Of a stretch of 64,000 nt of DNA, positions 43,128 through 51,237 are shown piece by piece; within the stretch, counting starts at the first letter, position 1, and every line of letters starts with the position of its first letter. Under the pieces are notes generated by a model. The model did no database searches and was not told the DNA's origin. It saw only the letters and a program-made list of their open reading frames with translations. Both the position numbers and the translations under genes were made by a program. The stretch is from a virus, in the IMG/VR virus record IMGVR_UViG_3300046816_000078; one strand, written 5' to 3'.

Positions 43128-43541
43128 TTACGTAATGCCCCGATGCAATAGAGTTAGCGAATTACCAAACTGTCCCAATGCATCTTCGATAGTTGGCGGA
43201 ATGACATTCTGTCCGCTGAATTCTCTGCGGATATTCGCGGCAGTCAGGAAAAAGAGTTTTCCTGTACCTGACGCAACGACAAATGCCGGTTGGGTTACTC
43301 CCGGCACAATCCAAGTATCATTTTCAAGCGGTGGCCAATTAGGCGGCGCAACTTGAGTAATGGTTGTGTTTGCGTTAGTGGTCGGCAACCACGTTTTAAT
43401 TAGAACGTGGTTACCGTCACCGTCAATTGTTACGCCGTCCCATGGGAGCGATACGAGTACATAACTACCATCAGTGCTTAGCTGTTCAATTAGAACATTG
43501 TGCATTGCTACGTCTGCATGATTACCAACCGCTAGTGCCAT
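43128..43541 (-). CDS. Hypothetical protein
   Basis: 137-aa ORF with AAGAAAGG SD. Confidence 0.6.
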   Translation of the reverse strand: MALAVGNHADVAMHNVLIEQLSTDGSYVLVSLPWDGVTIDGDGNHVLIKTWLPTTNANTTITQVAPPNWPPLENDTWIVPGVTQPAFVVASGTGKLFFLTAANIRREFSGQNVIPPTIEDALGQFGNSLTLLHRGIT

Positions 43542-43559
43542 AGCAATACGACCTTTCTT

Positions 43560-44114
43560 TTATCTACGTTTACTGGCAAGCAAATTGTGAAGACTTCCCG
43601 GCATTACGTATCCCGGCCAACGTTCATCATTAAACAAATGATATTCAGCATCGTTGTAAGTCTGGTCCACTAGTTGAGAACAGATCATGTGTTTTGTACT
43701 AGCTACATAATCCTTGAGACTATTAGTTGCTGGCAATAGGTTAAGCTTCTTAGCCGCAATAGCCGCATAATCTGGCCACGAATAGGGCGTACCTACATAA
43801 CCATATGCCGCATTGACAATGCGAATACGTTGCGCAGCGGTGGGATTGATGATTCCACTCGACCATTCAACGTCTTCATTGTCATAATGCCAATCGGTTA
43901 GAACCGTGCCACCATTGGAAGCCTCGATTACCTTACCGTCACCAACATAAATTCCCGCGTGTTCATATTGACTGAAACCCTCACCCGCTGCCAATTGTGC
44001 TAGGCGGATAGCACCGCCATGCTTAAGCCACTTGCCAGTATTGCGGATGTTGGGATTCTTACCGTCGAAACTGACTAGAAAGAAATCACCGGGTTTGGCG
44101 TTGGGTGGAATCAT
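43560..44114 (-). CDS. Permuted papain-like amidase (YiiX/C92, NlpC/P60 superfamily)
   Basis: His-first order: YEHAGIYVGDGKVIEASNGG, then ...YSWPDY...MICSQLVDQTY, which is the permuted NlpC/P60 signature. Confidence 0.55.
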   Translation of the reverse strand: MIPPNAKPGDFFLVSFDGKNPNIRNTGKWLKHGGAIRLAQLAAGEGFSQYEHAGIYVGDGKVIEASNGGTVLTDWHYDNEDVEWSSGIINPTAAQRIRIVNAAYGYVGTPYSWPDYAAIAAKKLNLLPATNSLKDYVASTKHMICSQLVDQTYNDAEYHLFNDERWPGYVMPGSLHNLLASKRR

Positions 44115-44346
44115 TAGCGGTCCTTTGTGTATTAGTGGCCGGGCGAATTTGGGGAACGGTTACCACGCGGGTATTTAGATCCGGCGTTGCTTTCATTCCC
44201 GGTTCATTTGCGTATAGCGCGGCTAGCTGTTTATTGGCCGCTGATTTACTTGGATGGCAACCCATTTTCGATCCGTCAGAATCTTTAATCACGCCCCACG
44301 GTTTACCCGCTGGACATTGTTTAGTCTTGGCTACGTGATACGGCAT
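44086..44346 (-). CDS. Hypothetical protein
   Basis: 86-aa ORF with GAGGTG SD. Its C-terminus overlaps the next gene by 29 nt. Confidence 0.5.
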   Translation of the reverse strand: MPYHVAKTKQCPAGKPWGVIKDSDGSKMGCHPSKSAANKQLAALYANEPGMKATPDLNTRVVTVPQIRPATNTQRTANDSTQRQTR

Positions 44347-44485
44347 TACAGATCACCTCTCAATTGGATCACTACGCCTGGAATGTGCAGCCATGCGGAA
44401 TGTCCTTTAACGTAGAACAGACCTATCCTTAGATCGTGCGAGTCAATTACGACGCGCCGATTAAGTGAATGCCATCGAATATGTT

Positions 44486-46558
44486 TCATCGTTTGATTTC
44501 ACAAACATCTGTTGAGCAATACAACTCACCTTCGGCCGCAGGCATTCCCGCGCTAGGTGAATACAGCAAATTCCAGTCAATAGGCTTTACGTTAGCTCGC
44601 ATAGATTCCCATACTTCCCGCGATACGCGCTGATATGGTGCCTGCGCATAAACGCCATCCGCCATAGGCATAACGGACAGACTTTTAAGCTGTCCATCGA
44701 ATGTCGCTAGCAATGCTGGAATCTGTGATTTCTCAGCTTCGCTAAACGTTACCGTTACCGACACAGAATTATCGGACCAATAGCGTTGGCACAGTTGCGC
44801 CAGATGCGTTTTTTCCCATATGGATACGTCGCGTTCCGATCGCATTTCCGGTCCTTCTACGGGAAGTGAAATAACGACGGTCGTGTCTGGATTCATTTGT
44901 GACGGTTCTACAGGATATCCGGCATCGCGCATAATCTGCACAATCGGGTTAGTAACATTTTCCCTAACGGTCCTAACGTAGTAGCCGGATTCACGCGGCC
45001 AATGACAGCCGGGAGTTACGCCAAACAATAGGCTAACGGTTCCGCTAGGCTTTACGGTAGTTACCTTAATGGATTCCCTAACACCCAACCATTCAGAGTA
45101 TGTTTTGTCCCAATCGCGGATAGCCTGGTATCCGGCATTCTGCCACATTCGCAATTCAGACCAACCGCGAGACTCTACGAATTGTGCGAGTCCAGTCATG
45201 CTAGTTCCGATACGCGCATTGCGCCGCATTACCGCATTGGTTTCTGGCCATTGCGTCATTAGCAGAGTTACGCTCTTGCCATAGAGGTAAGCGAATTTGA
45301 GTGTACGTAGGTAATCGTCCATTGAATCATGGTGCGTTGGGTACGTTTCGACCAATGTGCAAAGTTCATTGTTTTCTAGCGGTTGCTCACCGCACGGATT
45401 GACGCCCATTGCGCGCTGATCACGATTATTAGGTTCGTCTGCCAGCCTGCCATACTTGCGTACAACGTCCAACCAGATAATTCCCGGTTCGCCATTAGAC
45501 GCCATGCGTTCGGCAAGGTGTGAATAATCCTGCCCAGACTCCGCGATAACGGAATTGTTAGATGTGTATCCCCATCCGTCAGGTCCCATTCGCTCGGGGT
45601 TAATTTCCCAATCCTTTAGATCCAAGAATGCGATATCGTTAGCGTCACCCAAAGCGATTTCTGCGGATGATCGAACATTGGCGGCGACAACGCATTTACC
45701 AATCATGTTCATAACGTCCACGATATCGACAGATGACAATAGTTCGCCAGCCCGGTTATCGAGCATATCGCGAATTCGAGTGTGCAATTTGATTAGCGGT
45801 TCCGGCCCTGCCGACGTTCCGCCAAATCCAATGATAGGTTCACCCTCTGCGCGGATAGCGGAGTAATCAAATACCGGCCTGCGTTTTCCGCTTGTGAAAT
45901 AGGAATCAAGCAATACGTCAAGAGACTTACACCATCCCTCGCGACTATCCTCAATTGTGCGAGTAAAGCCGCTAGGTGAATCCGGGTGATTCAATGTAAT
46001 TTGGTTTGCGCCTCTTGTGTCGAATCCTACGCCTACGCCCAGCATTGACATATTCATCAAACGGCTAAACGGACTCGATAGCTCGTTATGCAAATCGTAG
46101 GTAGAAATGAATCCGCAATTCTGCAAAGCGCTGGAATCATTACGACCGTTAACGAATTCGGTGCCCATCATCCATAGACCGCGCCCCGGAGGTGACCACT
46201 TGCCATCGAATACGCGCTGATATGCTTCCTGTGCGCTTATCTGTGCCTGTTCTTCATTCCATGGGAGTCGCAAACGTCGCGTATGGTCTTTTTGAATGCT
46301 ATACATTCCTTCGATAACGCGGCGCAATCCTTCGTAGAATCGTTCCTTAGCTCCATTGGCCTTGAGTCGAGAATACTTAGTAACCCAGGAATGTTCGCCC
46401 AATGTATTACCCGCACCCATAGGGAATCCCCAAGATGGTGTCTTATTCGCATAGGGCTTTACGAATTCGTCATGCAGTCGAAAACTTAGATATGGAAATT
46501 CATTGTCGCGTTCCCTGGATTCGCAATCCTTTGTGCGCTGCTTTGACCAATCCTTCAA
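44486..46558 (-). CDS. nrdJ: Ribonucleotide reductase, class II (B12-dependent) type
   Basis: 690 aa with the NPCGEQPLENNELCTLVE active-site region and overall length typical of monomeric class II RNR found in actinophages. Confidence 0.8.
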   Translation of the reverse strand: MKDWSKQRTKDCESRERDNEFPYLSFRLHDEFVKPYANKTPSWGFPMGAGNTLGEHSWVTKYSRLKANGAKERFYEGLRRVIEGMYSIQKDHTRRLRLPWNEEQAQISAQEAYQRVFDGKWSPPGRGLWMMGTEFVNGRNDSSALQNCGFISTYDLHNELSSPFSRLMNMSMLGVGVGFDTRGANQITLNHPDSPSGFTRTIEDSREGWCKSLDVLLDSYFTSGKRRPVFDYSAIRAEGEPIIGFGGTSAGPEPLIKLHTRIRDMLDNRAGELLSSVDIVDVMNMIGKCVVAANVRSSAEIALGDANDIAFLDLKDWEINPERMGPDGWGYTSNNSVIAESGQDYSHLAERMASNGEPGIIWLDVVRKYGRLADEPNNRDQRAMGVNPCGEQPLENNELCTLVETYPTHHDSMDDYLRTLKFAYLYGKSVTLLMTQWPETNAVMRRNARIGTSMTGLAQFVESRGWSELRMWQNAGYQAIRDWDKTYSEWLGVRESIKVTTVKPSGTVSLLFGVTPGCHWPRESGYYVRTVRENVTNPIVQIMRDAGYPVEPSQMNPDTTVVISLPVEGPEMRSERDVSIWEKTHLAQLCQRYWSDNSVSVTVTFSEAEKSQIPALLATFDGQLKSLSVMPMADGVYAQAPYQRVSREVWESMRANVKPIDWNLLYSPSAGMPAAEGELYCSTDVCEIKR

Positions 46559-46594
46559 TGCGACTCCCGATCTTCTTTAGTTGTGTATTGCATG

Positions 46595-47473
46595 TTATTC
46601 GTAGAAACTCTCCGGCGTCTCAATTGGCGGAACTATCTTATGACTCTCAACGAGATCTTGCATAATCCCGGCATCACCCATAGCGCGATGATAACGCGAT
46701 GCGAGATTGCTATTAGAGCCGGGCTTTTCCTGTCCAACCCATTTGCGATCCTTGGCACTACTGCCAATACTCGGATGCCACAAATGAATTACGCCACTGG
46801 GCACAGTTTTATGCGGAACGTATAGCGTGTCTAGCGCGTGCATAAATGCTACATCCTCGCCACCCCAACCGTAGAAACGAATATCCATTTTTCCGGCAAT
46901 GGTGAAAGCTTCTTTGGGCATGATCTGAATAAGTGCGCCGAACCAGTGACCGATATCGGTTGCGGTGGATTGCTCCAATTGATATTTGGAAGGCTGCGCC
47001 GCAAAGAATCGCGGAGGGTCGGCCGGGTTAGAATTCAGAATTTCAAGTGACGCTGTTTCTGTCAATCGGTAGAAATGACGGTAAGGCATAAACCACAAAC
47101 GATTACCGCGCTTGATTTCTTTTCTGATTTCCTTAGCACAGTACTCGATTACATCACCGGCCAAATAGCAATCGGCATCGAGAATTACAATTACGTCGCC
47201 TTTAGCTTTTTCCGCTGCTTTGTTTACTGCGGCAGTTTTGCAGAAAGGAATGTGATCATCGGAGCTGACGATAATTTCCGCGCCGGGTAGTTCATTCTCC
47301 CAATAGCACCTAAGCCAATTCCAGGTTTCTGCGCGGCGTGCATTATCGGCTCGGAATGGGACTAGCAAAGAAATTCCGTGGCCAGGCTTGCGCCGCCTAT
47401 TGACAAAGACGTATGCCAGGATTATCAGGGTAATGATCATCCCGATGATTCCCGCTAGCTGTTCCCATGTCAT
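46595..47473 (-). CDS. GT-A fold glycosyltransferase (GT2 / galactosyltransferase-like) with N-terminal TM
   Basis: N-terminal TM helix. VIVILDADCY is a DxD motif. YGWGGEDVAF matches the Glyco_transf_7C-type signature. Confidence 0.7.
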   Translation of the reverse strand: MTWEQLAGIIGMIITLIILAYVFVNRRRKPGHGISLLVPFRADNARRAETWNWLRCYWENELPGAEIIVSSDDHIPFCKTAAVNKAAEKAKGDVIVILDADCYLAGDVIEYCAKEIRKEIKRGNRLWFMPYRHFYRLTETASLEILNSNPADPPRFFAAQPSKYQLEQSTATDIGHWFGALIQIMPKEAFTIAGKMDIRFYGWGGEDVAFMHALDTLYVPHKTVPSGVIHLWHPSIGSSAKDRKWVGQEKPGSNSNLASRYHRAMGDAGIMQDLVESHKIVPPIETPESFYE

Positions 47474-48222
47474 AAGCTGCCAATCAATTTATCTAGTGTG
47501 CGGTAAGCGTCCCAAAGCTCATGTTTGCGATTCCCCACGTTTCTGTTATTCGCGTGGTAAGTCTCACCGACAACGAGTTTCGCGCCGATCGCTGCGGAGT
47601 AATCCTCGAATTTGAATAGGCCACCCTCTTTGTCGAATCGCGGCGTGTATTCAAATCTGCGAGGTATCCCGAATGAGTCAGCAACGATAATCCCGTGTAG
47701 TGAGCTTGAAACGATCTTCTTACATCTGCCTATAAGTTTGATCACAGTTAGCGGATCATCCTCGGGACGTATCACCTTGGTAGTCCAACGTGAGTTGTAC
47801 CAAGTTTTATTGATTGAAAGACTAGAATCTGACCAGTGAGGCACTATCCCTAGATCGATGTCTCGACGTTGCGGACCAACTAGCTCATTCGCGAGCAAAC
47901 CAGGATCACCCAAAGCTACATCATGCGGCCACGCCTTAGCGCTTAGCGGACCGCGTAGGGCTAGAACGCGCTGAGATCCACCGTAAAGCCTTAGAACGCT
48001 GTCCGGGTACAACCTGCCCGCCCCTAGGATGAAACCGTCGTACAGAGGCGGCAAGTGCTCTAGCACGCTACCGACAGAAACCACGTCAGACTTACCAATG
48101 CGTTCCCATTGCGCGGTATGTGATGTGAAGTGATTTATCAAGAGAGGCACCATTGCATCCCCGAAATTTTCACGTCCTGTCCACCAATACGCTTTCACAA
48201 TTGACGGAGCTTTGCGGCGCAT
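47470..48222 (-). CDS. Polysaccharide pyruvyl transferase-like protein
   Basis: N-terminal WWTGRENFGDAMV and C-terminal VSSSLHGIIVADSFGIP resemble PS_pyruv_trans signatures. Start moved to MRRKAPS (AAAGGA SD). Confidence 0.55.
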   Translation of the reverse strand: MRRKAPSIVKAYWWTGRENFGDAMVPLLINHFTSHTAQWERIGKSDVVSVGSVLEHLPPLYDGFILGAGRLYPDSVLRLYGGSQRVLALRGPLSAKAWPHDVALGDPGLLANELVGPQRRDIDLGIVPHWSDSSLSINKTWYNSRWTTKVIRPEDDPLTVIKLIGRCKKIVSSSLHGIIVADSFGIPRRFEYTPRFDKEGGLFKFEDYSAAIGAKLVVGETYHANNRNVGNRKHELWDAYRTLDKLIGSL

Positions 48223-48371
48223 AGTGATATCCTTTATGTAGAGACGCCAAAACGCACTAATGCGGTGAGGCATTAGCGCGATTGGGTTGTTCAATTGTCA
48301 TGTTTTGAAGAGAACTCTTCAAATTGCGGAGATTACCGCGAACGCGAATGCGTTTTATGAATTTTTATGAG

Positions 48372-48444
48372 CTGACTAGATTGGACTCGAACCAATAACC
48401 CTCGCCTTAACAGGGCGGTACTTTGCCGATTAAGCTACTAGCCA
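48372..48444 (-). tRNA. tRNA-Asn (GTT)
   Basis: Acceptor TGGCTAG/CTAGTCA, anticodon loop CTGTTAA, T-arm ATTGG-TTCGAGT-CCAAT. Confidence 0.8.
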
Positions 48445-48456
48445 ATGTAAAACTAG

Positions 48457-48530
48457 TACCCCTTATTGGATTTGAACCAATAACCTCTAGGATCTAAGCC
48501 TAGCGCCTCTGCCAATTGGGCTAAAGGGGC
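48457..48530 (-). tRNA. tRNA with Leu anticodon TAG but short (5-nt) variable loop
   Basis: Acceptor GCCCCTT/AAGGGGT (G1-U72), A73, Leu-type D-loop AATTGGCAGA. Anticodon stem CTAGG/CCTAG with loop CTTAGAT. T-arm ATTGG-TTCAAAT-CCAAT. Confidence 0.65.
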
Positions 48531-48627
48531 ATTAAAGATTGTAGCCTTTCCGCCGTACTGTAGGCGCGGAATTAAGAATACGTCTATTCATAGGTAGTGG
48601 TCTGCACACCGCATTCGTACAATCTAG

Positions 48628-48701
48628 CGCATCTAATCGGACTCGAACCGATAATTCAGGTTTCGTAGACCTGTGTGTTATCCGATTACTACTATAGATG
48701 C
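48628..48701 (-). tRNA. tRNA-Arg (ACG)
   Basis: Acceptor GCATCTA/TAGATGC, anticodon stem CAGGT/ACCTG with loop CTACGAA, T-loop TTCGAGT. The D-stem is weak. Confidence 0.75.
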
Positions 48702-48795
48702 ATTGTAAAACTGTGCCAATGCCTCACCGTCAATGTCTGCGACATTCCCCGTAGGGCACACTAGCTTGAGCTTAGGTTATCGGCACTGGCACTAG

Positions 48796-48870
48796 TAGGC
48801 GTAAAAGGATTTGAACCTCTGATCTTTTCCTTATCAGGGAACTGCTTTTACCGGACTAAGCTATACGCCT
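48796..48870 (-). tRNA. tRNA-Ile (GAT)
   Basis: Acceptor AGGCGTA/TACGCCT, anticodon loop CTGATAA, T-loop TTCAAAT. Confidence 0.8.
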
Positions 48871-48874
48871 AAAG

Positions 48875-48949
48875 CGGGACTAACGGGATTTGAACCCGTG
48901 GCTTCTACCGTGACAAGGTAGCACTCTAACCTAACTGAGTTATAGCCCC
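48875..48949 (-). tRNA. tRNA-Asp (GTC)
   Basis: Acceptor GGGGCTA/TAGTCCC, anticodon stem CTACC/GGTAG with loop TTGTCAC, T-arm ACGGG-TTCAAAT-CCCGT. Confidence 0.85.
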
Positions 48950-48970
48950 ATTGTATTAAATTGTAAGTGG

Positions 48971-49042
48971 AGGCGGAAACGGGATTTGCACCCGTCTGGA
49001 AAGGTGTTGCAAGCCTTCGCCTAACTGCTCAGCCATTCCGCC
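48971..49042 (-). tRNA. tRNA-Cys (GCA), CCA encoded (48968-48970)
   Basis: Acceptor GGCGGAA/TTCCGCC, U73 discriminator, anticodon loop TTGCAAC, T-loop TGCAAAT. Confidence 0.75.
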
Positions 49043-49046
49043 ATAG

Positions 49047-49120
49047 TGGGACCGAAAGGAATTGAACCTATGGCCTATTGGATTTCACCCAATCGCTCTA
49101 CCTAGCTGAGCTACAGCCCC
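49047..49120 (-). tRNA. tRNA-Phe (GAA)
   Basis: Acceptor GGGGCTG/CGGTCCC, D-arm TAGCTCAGCTAGGTAGAGC, anticodon stem ATTGG/CCAAT with loop GTGAAAT. Confidence 0.85.
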
Positions 49121-49146
49121 ATGTAATTCGTATTTAATTGTATTAG

Positions 49147-49218
49147 TCGGGATGGAAAGAATCGAACTTTCTATCTCCTGGTTCCAGGCCAGGCACGCTA
49201 CCATTACACCACATCCCG
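49147..49218 (-). tRNA. tRNA-Pro (TGG), apparent C33
   Basis: C1-G72 and A73 (Pro-like). Anticodon stem CCTGG/CCAGG with loop CCTGGAA. T-arm GAAAG-TTCGATT-CTTTC. Confidence 0.65.
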
Positions 49219-49259
49219 TTATATCGCTCAATGGCGATATCGATCAATTGTAATACTAG

Positions 49260-49330
49260 AGCGGGTAGCCGGTATCGAACCGGCAAAATCTGCTTGGAAG
49301 GCAGATGGTTTACCGTTAGCCTATACCCGC
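49260..49330 (-). tRNA. tRNA-Gly (TCC)
   Basis: Acceptor GCGGGTA/TACCCGC, U73, anticodon stem TCTGC/GCAGA with loop CTTCCAA. Confidence 0.85.
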
Positions 49331-49417
49331 GTGACTTAAACGGTCAGCAGTCGCGTAGCGTGCTGCTGTCCTATTCAGTTGTTTATTTAATTGTATCATA
49401 CGGTACTGACATTCTAG

Positions 49418-49491
49418 AGCCCAGTATCGGAATTGAACCGATGACCTGCCGATTACAAAACGGCTGCTCTCCGCATCTGAGCTAACCGGGC
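49418..49491 (-). tRNA. tRNA-Thr (TGT)
   Basis: Acceptor GCCCGGT/ACTGGGC, D-arm TAGCTCAGATGCGGAGAGC, anticodon loop TTTGTAA, T-arm ATCGG-TTCAATT-CCGAT. Confidence 0.8.
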
Positions 49492-49698
49492 ATGTGCGGT
49501 TTTACCTATACAACCGCCAAGGTGACAAACTAATCCAGGTAGTGAAGTAACCCGCTACCCTTTAGATATCGGATCACCGCCTAGGTAATCAAACCCCAAT
49601 ACGACCAAACTCTTGAATAAGATTGCATATCGTTCACATAATCCCCATTCTGTAGTCTAGCTATTGGATAGATTCCTAGGTTGTTAAATTGGTAATGG

Positions 49699-49770
49699 CT
49701 CCCGCGTCTAGAGTCGAACTAGAATTGGCAGGTTCAGGGCCTGCTGTCCTTCCATTTGAACGAAACGGGA
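49699..49770 (-). tRNA. tRNA-Gln (CTG), apparent C33, CCA encoded (49696-49698)
   Basis: U1-A72 and G73 (Gln-like). Anticodon stem GCAGG/CCTGC with loop CCCTGAA. T-arm TCTAG-TTCGACT-CTAGA. Confidence 0.65.
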
Positions 49771-49785
49771 TTAGGCGTTAAAGAA

Positions 49786-49917
49786 TTAACGCCGCGTTAC
49801 AGCAGAAACTACGATTACAACCAGCAGAATAATAGCAACCCACCATAGGACGTGAAGCGCAAATCCTGCGCCTGCAAATAGCAGCAGCAATAGCAGCAGT
49901 AGAATTAGAAGTAGCAT
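49786..49917 (-). CDS. Small Leu-rich membrane protein (43 aa)
   Basis: MLLLILLLLLLLLFAGAGFALHVLWWVAIILLVVIVVSAVTRR with AAAGGGGGG SD. Preferred over the overlapping 70-aa track ORF in another frame. Confidence 0.45.
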   Translation of the reverse strand: MLLLILLLLLLLLFAGAGFALHVLWWVAIILLVVIVVSAVTRR

Positions 49918-49931
49918 ATTTCCCCCCTTTC

Positions 49932-50147
49932 TTAACGCCTAGGTGGCAAAGGACAAACAGCAGGCAGCAACTCGGGTGCAATGAAATCAACTAGATCCGT
50001 CCACTCTGTTCCGCCATCGTCAACATTTCCGTTGATTGGATTTCCGTCCATCTTTCGCCTGTTAGCAAAGAATGCGGCAGACATCATATCATCGGTGTCC
50101 ATATCGTTCTGTTCACAATAGCTCACATAATCTTGTACCGTGGTCAT
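49932..50147 (-). CDS. Hypothetical acidic protein
   Basis: 71-aa ORF with a strong GGGAGG SD, embedded in the tRNA array. Confidence 0.6.
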   Translation of the reverse strand: MTTVQDYVSYCEQNDMDTDDMMSAAFFANRRKMDGNPINGNVDDGGTEWTDLVDFIAPELLPAVCPLPPRR

Positions 50148-50169
50148 GTGATACCTCCCTTATCAATAG

Positions 50170-50240
50170 CTGGAAATGTAGGAATCGAACCCACGTCAAC
50201 GGGTTTGGAAGCCGTTGTGTTACCACTACACCAATCTCCA
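50170..50240 (-). tRNA. tRNA-Trp (CCA)
   Basis: Acceptor TGGAGAT/ATTTCCA, D-stem GTGT/ACAC, anticodon loop TTCCAAA, T-arm GTGGG-TTCGATT-CCTAC. Confidence 0.8.
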
Positions 50241-50362
50241 ATGCGGATTACACTTAGCTCTTTACCGGCCGGATTATCTGCACCGTGTAATCCTTCCCTG
50301 TATGGTCGTGAGAATCATACAGGGATCTTAGACCTAGATCACGAGGAAATAGGTGGTCTAAA

Positions 50363-50512
50363 TTAGTACCGCGAGCGGCGCTTTGCCGGGGTTTCCTTAG
50401 CCTTATCGGCCTTGTAATGCTTAAGGAAATTCAGTTCACCCCAGGTAAGTGTTACCTCATTGCCATCACTAACGAACGTAATGGTCCTATCATCAAAATC
50501 TACAACAGTCAT
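50363..50512 (-). CDS. Hypothetical protein (49 aa)
   Basis: MTVVDFDDRTITFVSDGNEVTLTWGELNFLKHYKADKAKETPAKRRSRY with AGGGAG SD. Confidence 0.45.
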   Translation of the reverse strand: MTVVDFDDRTITFVSDGNEVTLTWGELNFLKHYKADKAKETPAKRRSRY

Positions 50513-50682
50513 TGCGACTCCCTAACGGGCATCCCTTAATTAATGTGCCCTAGGTAGTAAAGGGATTCATACCTACCCAGGATTCTAAAAGTTTATGGGT
50601 CGTTTGCCCTCGACCTAATTGCCGCCTCGCTAGTTTATAGTCTGCCTATCTCAAGACGTTCCGCCCAGACTTATTCAATTAG

Positions 50683-50755
50683 TAGCGGGTACCGGCTTTG
50701 CTCCGGTGGTTTCAGTTTATGAGGCTGACGTGTTACTGAACTACACTAACCCGCG
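50683..50755 (-). tRNA. tRNA-Met-like (CAT), atypical
   Basis: Anticodon loop CTCATAA. C1-U72 mismatch, T-loop AGCAAAG instead of TTCRANY, and a D-loop without GG. Confidence 0.45.
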
Positions 50756-50818
50756 ATGAGGGGATTTCCTATTTAGATTATAGTAGTTTTTGGAGATCCC
50801 TTAAAGTCTAACTACTCG

Positions 50819-50900
50819 GGTGTCCTACGAGATTCGCACTCGCTATTGCATTACGCACGGATTCACAGTCCGATCCCTCAGCTATTTGGGTCAAGACACC
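50819..50900 (-). tRNA. tRNA-His (GTG) with encoded G-1 and enlarged (about 13-nt) variable region
   Basis: 8-bp GGTGTCTT/AGGACACC acceptor (G-1:C73) closely resembling E. coli tRNA-His as recalled. Anticodon loop CTGTGAA, T-loop TGCGAAT. 82 nt long. Confidence 0.6.
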
Positions 50901-50968
50901 ATAGCGTCCAACGGACGCGATAATGATTACCAATCGTAAGATGGTAATCAGCATTACTTAAAGATTAG

Positions 50969-51145
50969 TTAGTCAGAACTGATAAGAACTAGCAACCCAA
51001 AACCAGCCGGGGCTATCTTAATAGATGTTACTGGCATCTCTCCGCGATTCCTGATAATCTCTGATGTAAGGTCAGGAACCTTAAGGAATACGTCTAGGTC
51101 ATCTGGCAGCTTGTGAACTGCTGCTTTGAATTCTGCCATATTCAT
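50969..51145 (-). CDS. Hypothetical protein (58 aa)
   Basis: Start at MNMAEFKAAV (GGAAG SD). The longer track ORF would overlap tRNA-Ala. Confidence 0.4.
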   Translation of the reverse strand: MNMAEFKAAVHKLPDDLDVFLKVPDLTSEIIRNRGEMPVTSIKIAPAGFGLLVLISSD

Positions 51146-51237
51146 ATCTGGACTTCCAATCTGTAATAGGTGATAGTTTCTCTGGGTATCAATCTGATAC
51201 CTCGGACAGTCACTAACAAACATCCTGTTTTTATTCG

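Noticed and set aside
49778-49990. 70-aa minus-strand track ORF (MISLHPSCCLLFV...).
   Set aside because: A different frame gives an SD-led 43-aa membrane peptide. The track ORF overlaps the 3' end of the next well-supported gene and lacks an SD.
50819-50900. tRNA-Sec, suggested by the 8-bp acceptor stem and long variable region.
   Set aside because: The anticodon is GTG, not TCA. The eighth pair is the G-1:C73 pair diagnostic of tRNA-His, and the acceptor closely matches bacterial tRNA-His.
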